From the NCBI GenBank assembly GCA_020635075.1, contig JACKAM010000002.1, positions 365,896-429,895 of the forward strand: DNA of 64,000 bases, in the 5' to 3' direction. This document shows positions 1 through 8,600 of this stretch, piece after piece. The number at the start of each line of letters is the position of its first letter. Position 1 is the first letter of the stretch. Both the position numbers and the translations under genes were made by a program. Under the pieces are notes generated by a model. It worked only from the letters and a program-made list of their open reading frames with translations, had not been told where the DNA came from and made no database searches. This DNA comes from Pseudobdellovibrionaceae bacterium (GTDB taxonomy: Bacteria; Bdellovibrionota; Bdellovibrionia; Bdellovibrionales; UBA1609).

Positions 1-1214
1 CCGATCTCCTCATGCTGACTGTTGATGCGGCCAAGGAGTTTTTGTTTTTCGGCGAGAAACCTTTGCCGATCCAAATCCGCCAAGATCTTTTCCGTCTTTT
101 TGCTCTGTCCCCCTAAAGGAACAGAGACCAACAGCCCTACCGCATAGCCTGCTTGGCCGTTGTCCTGAAGATCTTCCGTGGAAAGGGATGTTCCCTGGTC
201 CACTCCGCTTACCTGAACCTCAGCACTTAATTTGACATCCACATCACTGTGGGTGGCGGTGATTCTTTTTTGACCCAAATGCTCCTGTTCAAGGAGCTTG
301 ACCATTTCATCAAGTGAAGTCGCCTCCCAGGGGGTTTCCTTTTTGCCGGCAATGGATTGGGTGCAGGCCAAGACCCCGTTAACGGCCTTGTCCAAATCAT
401 AGGGGGCGAGACCCAGGACCTGCTGATGAAGACCGGGCAGCTGTTCCTTCAACTGGCGGTACAAAATTTCCTTTTGGTATTCGAGCGAAGTCAAATTCCC
501 CTGCCGGGCAGCCACCAGAGCTTCCCACCGGGCCACTTCACCCGCATCGCCCACTGAGTTGCGCAGGCGTTGTTTGGCATCTTTCAACTGTCGATGTGAG
601 GTTTCCAAAAGCCCTTGGGAGATGCGCCAGGCCTCCTGGTTGGCCACTAAGGACCAATAGAGTTTACGCACATTCAGTTCAAAGCTCTTTTGTTGAACGA
701 CACTGTCCAGTTTTTGAATCTCATTGCGCAGACTCAGGTTTTCCAACTGGGTGTGACCTGTCTTTCCCAACCAGTCCCGCCACAAATCCATGGTGGCTTT
801 CACTTGAAGTCCGGTGCGAGTGGCGCGGTCAATACTGCCATCGGCGGTTGATCTTTGATCGGTAAAGGCATGAACCCCAACAGTGGTTCCATAGGACGAT
901 GCCTTTTCCACTCCCAGTGACAACAAATGTGTGGGACCAAAAGTGGGAATAAACACGGCAATGGATTTCTCTTTTGAGTTTTGATAATTGCCCTGGCCGA
1001 CAAATCGGGTTTGGTATCTCTCTTCCAGTTGTCCCAATTGTCCTTCTACCTGCAGCCTTCCGGCTTCAATTTGTAGGGCAATGGGAGCTTCCTGTTTGGC
1101 CAATTCCACCAGCTTTTTTTCATCCAAATTGAGTGTCGGCGCCTGCGCCCAGGCCGAGCGCACCGCCAGTAGGGTGAGTCCCACAACCGCGATCATCCAC
1201 TTCAACTGCTTCAT
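1..1214 (-). CDS. TolC-family outer membrane efflux/channel protein (3' end cut by window edge)
   Basis: Absent from the ORF track because it runs off the window. My translation from the ATG (complement of 1212-1214) gives MKQLKWMIAVVGLTLLAVRSAWAQAPTLNLDEKKLVELAKQEAP... This is a Sec signal peptide followed by the L-x-L-x-E start and long Q/L/E-rich helical segments typical of OEP/TolC proteins. The frame stays open to position 3. Confidence 0.55.
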   Translation of the reverse strand, partial: MKQLKWMIAVVGLTLLAVRSAWAQAPTLNLDEKKLVELAKQEAPIALQIEAGRLQVEGQLGQLEERYQTRFVGQGNYQNSKEKSIAVFIPTFGPTHLLSLGVEKASSYGTTVGVHAFTDQRSTADGSIDRATRTGLQVKATMDLWRDWLGKTGHTQLENLSLRNEIQKLDSVVQQKSFELNVRKLYWSLVANQEAWRISQGLLETSHRQLKDAKQRLRNSVGDAGEVARWEALVAARQGNLTSLEYQKEILYRQLKEQLPGLHQQVLGLAPYDLDKAVNGVLACTQSIAGKKETPWEATSLDEMVKLLEQEHLGQKRITATHSDVDVKLSAEVQVSGVDQGTSLSTEDLQDNGQAGYAVGLLVSVPLGGQSKKTEKILADLDRQRFLAEKQKLLGRINSQHEEI

Positions 1215-1414
1215 CTCTTCGCCCTCTTTCCGGTTTGGAATTCAAACGTTTGTTTTAATTTACCGGAAAGCCCCCTCCCCCACAAGGACATTTTCAAACA
1301 AACGTTTGAAATTTCTCAAATGTATGTAATTACTGTATTTAATTGAATCTCAACCTGGATCGATCAGCTGCATCCAAAAAAGAACATCGGCACCCAGACT
1401 GCCAAATACATGGC

Positions 1415-2059
1415 TTAATCCGCTCCGCGCATACAGCCCCGATCTGGCTCTTCCCAAACCTCATAGTTTGGCGTTATCTCTATACCAGATTTTACTCGTC
1501 GCCCTTTGAGCGTCGTCTCTTTTGCCGGTCGCAAACAGCGAATGTCAGAAAACTTGATTCCCTTTTTGGGAAGCTCCTTTGGGAAATCAATCACGGACCC
1601 AGCTGGAATTACCCCTTCAGGCAACTTCAGATCCTCACAAAGCTTGATCTCAAAAACTTCCAGCGTCTGCGCGTGCTGACCCAAGTATTCACAGATCTTG
1701 ATGCCATTGATCGTGATGGGGCCTTTAAAGTAAACATGCCAAAGGTCAGATCGACCTTCCACCACAACACCGGCAGGGTAATTGCGCCCACCCATTTCAA
1801 CTTGAGCAGTCGTCGTTAGCCCAACATTCAGACCATCGATTGGATCCATGAGATTCAAGCGGACATCAACTTTTTGAAAATCAGTCTTGGCAAAGAAGGG
1901 GATTACCTTGAGGTTCTGATTTTGATTCTCAGACAATGATGATGTTGGATTTTTAGCAGAATCGGCCAAGCACCTCAACCCACTCAATCCAATCAGACCA
2001 AAACAGCAACTCCCCATGAATCGAATTATTAATTTCCAAAATGCATTACTATTGAGCAT
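1415..2059 (-). CDS. Secreted hypothetical protein; putative immunity protein for the orphan toxin module 2049-3737
   Basis: 214-aa ORF with a hydrophobic N-terminus. It overlaps the stop of the upstream toxin-like ORF by 11 nt. Paralogous to ORF 4605-5291 (shared GQHAQTLE[VI]FE[IL]KLCED and IP[AG]GS motifs). The immunity role is inferred from position only. Confidence 0.55.
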   Translation of the reverse strand: MLNSNAFWKLIIRFMGSCCFGLIGLSGLRCLADSAKNPTSSLSENQNQNLKVIPFFAKTDFQKVDVRLNLMDPIDGLNVGLTTTAQVEMGGRNYPAGVVVEGRSDLWHVYFKGPITINGIKICEYLGQHAQTLEVFEIKLCEDLKLPEGVIPAGSVIDFPKELPKKGIKFSDIRCLRPAKETTLKGRRVKSGIEITPNYEVWEEPDRGCMRGAD

Positions 2060-3737
2060 TAGGCACTAATCCTATATGAATATGATGATAGTGACCTTTA
2101 ATCATCTTTGTCTTGAATTTGATCGGCTGATTTCCAACACCACTATCAGGAAATGGTGTGAGATCGCACTCAACATCCGGAGTCGAAAAGTCATCAACAC
2201 ACTTTCCTATCGGCACCAAAGCACCACCTAAGCTCTCAGCCAACATTTCTTTTTGTTCAATAGTCCCCGAAAGCATGATCCTCTGCTGCCATCGCTCTCT
2301 TGCGGGAGCCACAGGAGGAGGTAAATTGGGCTGTGGTGGCGGTTTTTTGGGGCCAGGAGAAAAATATATGAAGGCTCGCGGAAACCGCTGCGTTAGATCG
2401 GTCCATTTGTGTCGATTGTACACGGTCCAGCGACTTAGGCGTATTATTGCACGTAAATTCCTGGCGGCAATTCTGCGGTTTTTCTCTAGCTCCAAATTGT
2501 AGTCAGGCACACTTACCGACGTCACACTTTGGGCAATCAACTCAGGACATACTGAAGATGTGGCCAGACAGGCTTGACGGGCGGTCTCGCTAAGTCCCTC
2601 AAGGGCTAACAAGAATTCTTTGGAATGGTCCCAATCCTTGATTCTCCTAGTAGCGTTAGGATGATCATAATAATTCTCAAAACTGCCCTTAACCTCACAT
2701 GCTGATTGCTCGTCAGGAATCGAGGGTTGACTCACGACCACAGCCTGAAATTCAAACGGGATCTGATCTCCTGAACCTACCGCGAAGGCAGAGCAATCTT
2801 GATCCGAAAAATACCTAAGATCCATGTGCTCGCCATCCTTGTGAGACATATGGGTGGTGTTCAGTGCTTCCTCCTGATAATTTACAGAAAATCTTCCCCC
2901 AAAAGGCAGAGACCCATCGTTGCACAGTGTCCTCACTCCCATGACATTGGTGAGGTAATGAACCACTTCTGCCATTTCAGATGAAACATAGCTACTCATG
3001 GAAGTACTGTAATCTCTCGTACAGCCGCCTGCAACGTAATTATGGGGCTGATTATCCTTACGTCTCAAATTGAACGAGGTCTTAAAGGTTCTTTCTAGTG
3101 GCTCGCCCGATGTAACCTTGAGTCCAGTTTCCGTTTCTGTACCCACGAAGGTGTAAGCAAACTTTAGGTCGCTGATCTTTCTGGAGTTGTGATTGGCCCA
3201 ATTATACTTTTGCGAAATGGTCGTCATCATGCCTTCAATGTGATCCTCAATGCCTCCTGACGCCAAAAGCTCAGAATAAAGAACGTCCTTCTTTTTGGCA
3301 TTCCCGGTATTTGTCGCGTGGTCTTCCCTGAGTGGCAGATCAAATTCCAATAAATCGTGGCTTTCGTTGCCAACAAAAACCCGAACGCTGTCCCAGGTCA
3401 CCTTGTCTTCATTGTATTCCGCAGTAAACGAGTACCGGGGTACAAAGCGACCACCCCTGTTTTTGTAGGTATTGGAAGTTTCAGTGCTCTGAAATAACCC
3501 TGTTAAATCCAAATCAACAGGAAACAGCCCCTCTGTTTTGCTCAAGGACCGCTGAGCATCTCCGGTTGAAGAGTAGATCTGACTGGCTTGTTGGCTGCTG
3601 GGGACCGATGGCTGATCGGCGTCTCCGTTGGTTCCTTTGTTGATTGCCGTTAACTTGATGTAGTCAACCCTGGGAAAAGAGACGTAACAATGAGCCCGAT
3701 ACTCAGTTTCCCATTGTTGAGGAGCAGTTGGTATCAT
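2049..3737 (-). CDS. Orphan toxin-like protein: homolog of the C-terminal ~600 aa of the giant ORF, with a MepA/LAS-like metallopeptidase module; no signal peptide
   Basis: 562 aa. Its N-terminus QQWETEYRAHCYVSFP aligns with HYWEALPHRMSCHISWP of the 2001-aa protein, and LFPVDLD aligns with MFPVDVD. It carries CNDGSLPFGGRF...HMSHKDGEHMDLRY and a terminal GHYHHIHIG (H..D plus HxH zinc-ligand layout). Confidence 0.7.
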   Translation of the reverse strand: MIPTAPQQWETEYRAHCYVSFPRVDYIKLTAINKGTNGDADQPSVPSSQQASQIYSSTGDAQRSLSKTEGLFPVDLDLTGLFQSTETSNTYKNRGGRFVPRYSFTAEYNEDKVTWDSVRVFVGNESHDLLEFDLPLREDHATNTGNAKKKDVLYSELLASGGIEDHIEGMMTTISQKYNWANHNSRKISDLKFAYTFVGTETETGLKVTSGEPLERTFKTSFNLRRKDNQPHNYVAGGCTRDYSTSMSSYVSSEMAEVVHYLTNVMGVRTLCNDGSLPFGGRFSVNYQEEALNTTHMSHKDGEHMDLRYFSDQDCSAFAVGSGDQIPFEFQAVVVSQPSIPDEQSACEVKGSFENYYDHPNATRRIKDWDHSKEFLLALEGLSETARQACLATSSVCPELIAQSVTSVSVPDYNLELEKNRRIAARNLRAIIRLSRWTVYNRHKWTDLTQRFPRAFIYFSPGPKKPPPQPNLPPPVAPARERWQQRIMLSGTIEQKEMLAESLGGALVPIGKCVDDFSTPDVECDLTPFPDSGVGNQPIKFKTKMIKGHYHHIHIGLVPNAQ

Positions 3738-3773
3738 CTGAAGCTGTATCTTTCCGAAGGATTGATTTAAGTG

Positions 3774-3833
3774 GAGTGACCGTCACTTTTTGGTATTGCA
3801 GTACAATACTAAAAGTTGACGGTCACCTTACTA
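3774..3833. repeat. 60-bp dyad-symmetric repeat, copy A (57/60 identical to 6327-6386)
   Basis: GAGTGACCGTCACTTTTTGGTATTGCAGTACAATACTAAAAGTTGACGGTCACCTTACTA. It contains GTGACcGTCAC and tTGACgGTCAC sites flanking an inner GTATTG-cagta-CAATAC palindrome. It lies 36 bp upstream of the ATG of ORF 2049-3737. Confidence 0.9.
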
Positions 3834-4466
3834 CAAAACATCTCGCGAAGCTTTAGTGAGGATGAAGAGGGCGGTCAAAGCAGCAACCTCGGTCAGTCCG
3901 TGGACAACGAAGACTTGGGAGCTGCCCTCCGCTACCAACCCGAAACTGAGAAGGACTGGAGCCTGGGAACGGATGCCGGTATCAAACTGGTTTCACCCCC
4001 TGATCCCTTTTTGCGCTTTCGTATGCGCCGTACCTGGTGGCCAGGAAATTGGGAAATCCGCGCCACAGAAACCGTCTTTTGGTTTAAGTCCGAAGGCTAT
4101 GGTCATACGGAATCCCTAGAGTTTGACTATCCTCTCAGCCTTTCTTTTCTGTTTCGTTTTGCCAACCAGGCCTCCTGGCGCAAAAATGATCTGGAGTACC
4201 GCTTCGACAACACCCTTAATTTGTTTCAGAGAGTGAGCGACCGCTTGGCCATTGCCTACACCGCCGGGATGCACGGCCGCGATGTTCCGGCCGTCGCCGT
4301 TGATTCCTATTCCTTTGGCGTCAACTTCCGTCGCCGCATTCACAAAGACTGGTTGTTTTTCAACATCAAACCTGGCGGCTTCTGGCCCCGTGAAGAGAAC
4401 TTCACTTATGTCGCCTCCATCAGCTTCAAACTCGAAGTCATGATCGGTCAGGGCGAAACATGGTAG
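3816..4466 (+). CDS. Hypothetical; possible 5'-truncated beta-barrel outer membrane protein remnant
   Basis: 216-aa ORF whose TTG start lies inside repeat copy A. It has no signal peptide. It shows alternating-hydrophobic strands (YSFGVNFRRRI, FTYVASISFKLEVMI) and a C-terminal aromatic residue (…GETW-stop), as in OMP barrels. Confidence 0.3.
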   Translation: MTVTLLQNISRSFSEDEEGGQSSNLGQSVDNEDLGAALRYQPETEKDWSLGTDAGIKLVSPPDPFLRFRMRRTWWPGNWEIRATETVFWFKSEGYGHTESLEFDYPLSLSFLFRFANQASWRKNDLEYRFDNTLNLFQRVSDRLAIAYTAGMHGRDVPAVAVDSYSFGVNFRRRIHKDWLFFNIKPGGFWPREENFTYVASISFKLEVMIGQGETW

Positions 4467-4604
4467 GCTGCCAACTCCGCCCTCAATTCAGCACAAGTGT
4501 TTGAGTCATTCAAACACTGTTATTTTGCCGCAGCCGACAAGCCCATTAAGCCAGTCAGAAATTCTTTAGTATAATCCCAATCCAGAATTCGCCGATACAC
4601 GTGA

Positions 4605-5291
4605 TTACTCACTTTCGGAGGTTTCCCACACTTGAACCTCACACGAAGTGATCTTGTCAGGGTCCGATGGCATTCCCGTTTCAGATCGAGGTGCAAGGAT
4701 AGAGCCCGTCAAAAAGGTGCGGCCCTTGAACTTCATACTTGCCCCAGGTGAAATACACCCTACTTCGGGCCACCTCTGACCCGCCTTAACCTTGCCGTTA
4801 ATAAAAGAGACAAAGGAACCTCCCGGTATCCTCAAACCATTGATCTCCGAATCCTCACATAGCTTGAGCTCAAAAATCTCCAGCGTCTGTGCGTGCTGGC
4901 CCAGGTTGCCACATACTTTTATAGAGTTCACTTCTACAACCATCTTCTCTCCACCCAGGCGGAAAAGAGTACCTATTCCCGATACAAATGTTCCTCGCGG
5001 ATAGGTAATACCCCCTATCTTCACAGGCTTTTTTACCCATAATTTAACAACAAAGTCTGTAGGGGATGGCCCCTCATTAAACACCTGGCTTATGTACACA
5101 TTGTCCCAAACCATATCTTTAAAGATCGGCCACTTCGATAGCTTTTCCAAATCATCCTTTAGGACAACTGGAGGACTACTCTTCATTACCTTAGGGATAT
5201 CATCGTTCGAATCTGCAATAACGGAGACCGAGACAACAATCAAACAACTTAGAAAAGCACTTCTCCAAATCATGACAGATCTCCCCCTCAA
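4605..5291 (-). CDS. Secreted hypothetical protein; putative immunity protein for the orphan module 5298-6320
   Basis: 228 aa with an N-terminal signal/TM segment (MIWRSAFLSCLIVVSVSVIADS). It starts 6 nt after the toxin-like ORF. Paralog of 1415-2059. Confidence 0.55.
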   Translation of the reverse strand: MRGRSVMIWRSAFLSCLIVVSVSVIADSNDDIPKVMKSSPPVVLKDDLEKLSKWPIFKDMVWDNVYISQVFNEGPSPTDFVVKLWVKKPVKIGGITYPRGTFVSGIGTLFRLGGEKMVVEVNSIKVCGNLGQHAQTLEIFELKLCEDSEINGLRIPGGSFVSFINGKVKAGQRWPEVGCISPGASMKFKGRTFLTGSILAPRSETGMPSDPDKITSCEVQVWETSESE

Positions 5292-5297
5292 CCAATA

Positions 5298-6320
5298 TCA
5301 CTGATAAATTCCCAAATGTAGATGATCGATATGCCCTGACGCACCATCGTTTCTCAAATTCTTATTATCTCCAGGCTCTTGGTGTAAATCACACTGGGCA
5401 TCCTCATCGCACGATCCAATTCTCACTAAACCCGAACCATCTGCAGACAGACTCAACATGTCATGGTCATCCACTGTTCCATCTAAAAATAGCTTTTTCT
5501 GCCATTCGGGGCGGCTATCAGTTTCCTTAATAAATGAAATCATCACCTGAACTTTATCAAATCTCAGACTCAACGCTGTCCACGTTCGTCTGTTATACAC
5601 GACCCATCGACTCAGTCTTTTCATCGCTGCTAGATTCCTAACGGAAATCCTTCGGTTCTTCTCTAGCTCCAGATAGTAATTGGAAACACTAGCTGGCGTG
5701 ATTTTTTGGGCAATTAGCTCGGGACAAGTCGAGGAAGTTGTCAAGCAGGTTTGACGAGCAGTCTCGCTGAGTCCCATCATGTCTGCCAGGAACTCCTTTG
5801 TATGGTCCCAGTCCTTAATCCGCCTCGATGCTTTTGGGTGATCATAGTAGTCTTCAAAACTACCTTTAGTATCACACGCGGAATGCTCATCAGGGATCAC
5901 AGGCTGATTAACATTAATCGCTCCTTGAAACTTGAACGGAATCCGATCTCCCGGATCTACCAAAAAGGCAGAGCAATCTTGATCCGAAAAGTATCTAAGA
6001 TCTATATGTTTTCCTCCATCGTGGGTACCATGTCCCAACTGAGGGATATCCAGATTAACTCGAAACTGACCACCAAAAGGCAGAGACCCATCGTTGCACA
6101 GCGTCCTCACTCCCATCACATTGGTGAGGCAATGAACGACTTCCGCCATTTCAGATGACACGTAACTACTCATCGTACCACTGTAATCATCTATGCAGCC
6201 GTTCACAACGTAATTATGGGGCTGATTATCCTTACGTCTCAAATTGAACGAAGTCTTAAAAGTTCTTTCTAGTGGCTCGCCTGAAACAACCTTGAGTCCT
6301 GTGCCGGTTTCTGTACCCAC
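5298..6320 (-). CDS. 5'-truncated orphan copy of the toxin C-terminal (MepA/LAS-like) module
   Basis: 340 aa. Nucleotide-level homology to 2440-3143 runs up to position ~6323 and then breaks into repeat copy B. The start is a GTG that corresponds to an internal Val (FVGTETETG) of the 562-aa paralog. Putative catalytic motifs are retained (GHGTHDGGKHIDLRY ... GHIDHLHLG). Confidence 0.6.
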   Translation of the reverse strand: MGTETGTGLKVVSGEPLERTFKTSFNLRRKDNQPHNYVVNGCIDDYSGTMSSYVSSEMAEVVHCLTNVMGVRTLCNDGSLPFGGQFRVNLDIPQLGHGTHDGGKHIDLRYFSDQDCSAFLVDPGDRIPFKFQGAINVNQPVIPDEHSACDTKGSFEDYYDHPKASRRIKDWDHTKEFLADMMGLSETARQTCLTTSSTCPELIAQKITPASVSNYYLELEKNRRISVRNLAAMKRLSRWVVYNRRTWTALSLRFDKVQVMISFIKETDSRPEWQKKLFLDGTVDDHDMLSLSADGSGLVRIGSCDEDAQCDLHQEPGDNKNLRNDGASGHIDHLHLGIYQ

Positions 6321-6326
6321 GAGGTA

Positions 6327-6386
6327 GAGTGACCGTCACTTTTTGGTATTGCAGTACAATACTAAATAGTGACGGTCACCTTACTA
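6327..6386. repeat. 60-bp dyad-symmetric repeat, copy B
   Basis: GAGTGACCGTCACTTTTTGGTATTGCAGTACAATACTAAATAGTGACGGTCACCTTACTA. It has two perfect GTGAC-N-GTCAC sites whose centres are 40 bp apart. It directly abuts the truncation point of ORF 5298-6320. Confidence 0.9.
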
Positions 6387-6427
6387 AAAGTATGTCTGTA
6401 TCTGGATAATTGGGATACCCCGCTGAA

Positions 6428-7768
6428 CTACTTCGTACAGTTCCCGGGTGAAAAATCCTTGTGAATGATTTTACCATTCGAAATTAACCCAAGACTTCCC
6501 TTGGGAAGGACTGTCCCTAGGATTTTAGTATCCTGATCCACATGGATACAGCGGATAGGTGGGAATCCTTGACTGATCCGTTTTTCATGACGGCCAAAAT
6601 ACAAGGTCGCCCCCTTAGGTAATTTCAATCCGTTGATTTTGGCATCCTTCATCAGTTGCAAAGAGCGAGGGTTGCCGTTGTCCACATCAAAAACCGCTGT
6701 GCCGCCAAACTCCGCACCTCCATATTTGATCGACTCGGCCCCAAACAGCACCTGTTCTTTCCCATCCGGACCCGCAACAAAAATGAGAGAGCCTTTCGGC
6801 CGTTGGAGATCATAGAACCGAAAGTCCTTTTTGACCGAAACCACATATCGGATGTCTGGAAATGAGGATCCAAGCCTTATCTTCTTAAGGGAGGAAATTT
6901 GGCTGTAGGCCAGTACATAATCCTCTGGACTTAATTCCCTCAATCCCGGGGCTTTCCGCACGGAATCGAAGTTCTTTGTTTCTCCCGCCCGCCAAAGTAG
7001 CTTTCCATTTTCATCCAAACCCTCTTTATCCGAGCTTTTACCGGTGTGGTCGCAGTTAACACATGGCGCCTCCGTCGCCGGCGGCTCCACAATGTCGGGA
7101 GGGGTGTAAAGGCAGGTGTTCTCATTAAACTCCAGCTGAAGCTTTCCCGCATCATCTATATGAACCAGTCTTCTCTTCCACACATGAGTCCCCTGGATCG
7201 TCATATCCTCCTTCCCCTGAAGGCAAACAATTGGCGGAAACTCCGAGGTTAATGGGCCCCTATGGCGCCTAAAGTTGATTGATGTCAACTTAGGCAGCCT
7301 AACTCCATTAATGACTACATCTTTCAAGGTTCTGGCTTCTCGAGGATTTCCGGTATCGATATCCATTGAGCTTACTGCTATCTCTTTTCCTTTCCACAGG
7401 GCAGCGGATTCACCAGAAATACGCATTTCTGGTCCTCCCCACACTCCACCTAGTCCAGTTATCTTTGTGCCCTTCCTGCCATGTACCTCATAGATTCGGA
7501 AGTCCTTGTTAATGATGAGTTCAAACTGAATTTGAGGAACTGCGAAGCCACTTTCCGGATCAGCTTCAAGATAATCACTAATACTCAACTCATAGTCACC
7601 AGGCTTCAACTTGTCCAATCCCGGAATACCCATCAAATATTTGATACTCCGAAGCTGCCCTTCTGTCCATGGTGTCCCCTCTGAACCACCAGGCAAGGTA
7701 ACCAATCCTTCCTGACCCCAACCTGCTGCGCTCCAGGCAATACAGAGAAGAAATATCAACGTCTTCAC
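6428..7768 (-). CDS. Secreted two-domain hypothetical protein (internal duplication of the 7818-8600 domain); putative immunity/accessory protein
   Basis: 446 aa with signal peptide MKTLIFLLCIAWSAAGWG. The first half plus the linker TPPDIVEPPATEAPCVNCD aligns with the whole 260-aa neighbour. The second half repeats the domain (KKDFRFYDL..., GFPPIRCIH). Confidence 0.65.
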   Translation of the reverse strand: MKTLIFLLCIAWSAAGWGQEGLVTLPGGSEGTPWTEGQLRSIKYLMGIPGLDKLKPGDYELSISDYLEADPESGFAVPQIQFELIINKDFRIYEVHGRKGTKITGLGGVWGGPEMRISGESAALWKGKEIAVSSMDIDTGNPREARTLKDVVINGVRLPKLTSINFRRHRGPLTSEFPPIVCLQGKEDMTIQGTHVWKRRLVHIDDAGKLQLEFNENTCLYTPPDIVEPPATEAPCVNCDHTGKSSDKEGLDENGKLLWRAGETKNFDSVRKAPGLRELSPEDYVLAYSQISSLKKIRLGSSFPDIRYVVSVKKDFRFYDLQRPKGSLIFVAGPDGKEQVLFGAESIKYGGAEFGGTAVFDVDNGNPRSLQLMKDAKINGLKLPKGATLYFGRHEKRISQGFPPIRCIHVDQDTKILGTVLPKGSLGLISNGKIIHKDFSPGNCTK

Positions 7769-7817
7769 ATCAACTCCCCATCGGTCTCTTGTTGCGGGTG
7801 AAAGGTGACCTGCCTAT

Positions 7818-8600
7818 CTAGTTAGATGATCCCTTTGCTGCTCCTTCACCGGCCCCGTCGCAATTAAGGCAGGGAGCCTCAGTTGCCGGCGGATCAACAA
7901 TGTCCGGGGGAGTATGAGCACATGCAGTCGAGGTAAACTCGAGAAGGGGGGCACCTTTTTCATCAAAATTCACCACCTTGCCTGCTGGTATCGTCAATCC
8001 AGCAATTGTCAGCTCTTTCTCGGCCTGGATACATACAATCGGCGGGAATCCCGCTATTAGCCTTTCACGATGACGACGAAAGTAGACTTTCGTGGACTTT
8101 GGGAGAGTTAAGTCATTAACTCTAAGTTCTGAAACCAAGCTTATCGACCTTGGTAGACCCGTATCAATATCGAAGGTTCCCACCCAAATATCAATTCCTC
8201 GCCATTTTGCTGGCCCACCTGAAAAATGAACCTGTGGACCTCCCCACCCTCCTCCTAGGCCGGTAACTACCGTCCCCCTTTTCCCATGCAAATCGTAAAA
8301 TCGGAAGTCTTTATTAATCTTAAGCTCAAATTCAAACCGAGGTACGGCGAAACCGCTCTCAGGATCAGGATCCAAATACTCACTGATAACCAATTTATAA
8401 TCACCTTGTTTTAACTTATCAAATCCAGGCACTCCCATCAGATAATCGATACTTTTTCTTTGACCAGAAGTCCATGAGGTCTCCTTAGATCCTGAAGGAA
8501 GCGTCGCAAGTTGGCCCAAAGCTTCTAAGCCACTGAATGCAAGCACAACAAACAGTGCTCCAATTGTAACCACGTAGAGCCTCCTATCTTTCCATGGCAT
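7818..8600 (-). CDS. Secreted hypothetical protein; putative cognate immunity protein of the giant toxin-like ORF
   Basis: 260 aa with a signal peptide (LYVVTIGALFVVLAFSGLEALG). Its start overlaps the stop of the 2001-aa ORF by 17 nt, which suggests translational coupling. Confidence 0.65.
   Translation of the reverse strand: MPWKDRRLYVVTIGALFVVLAFSGLEALGQLATLPSGSKETSWTSGQRKSIDYLMGVPGFDKLKQGDYKLVISEYLDPDPESGFAVPRFEFELKINKDFRFYDLHGKRGTVVTGLGGGWGGPQVHFSGGPAKWRGIDIWVGTFDIDTGLPRSISLVSELRVNDLTLPKSTKVYFRRHRERLIAGFPPIVCIQAEKELTIAGLTIPAGKVVNFDEKGAPLLEFTSTACAHTPPDIVDPPATEAPCLNCDGAGEGAAKGSSN

Noticed and set aside
3774-6386. The 60-bp palindromic repeats as integron attC sites (gene cassettes)
   Set aside because: There is no integrase or attI nearby. 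The arms are GTGAC-N-GTCAC sites rather than RYYYAAC/GTTRRRY cores. The repeats sit at the 5' side of truncated ORFs rather than at the 3' end of complete promoterless cassettes.
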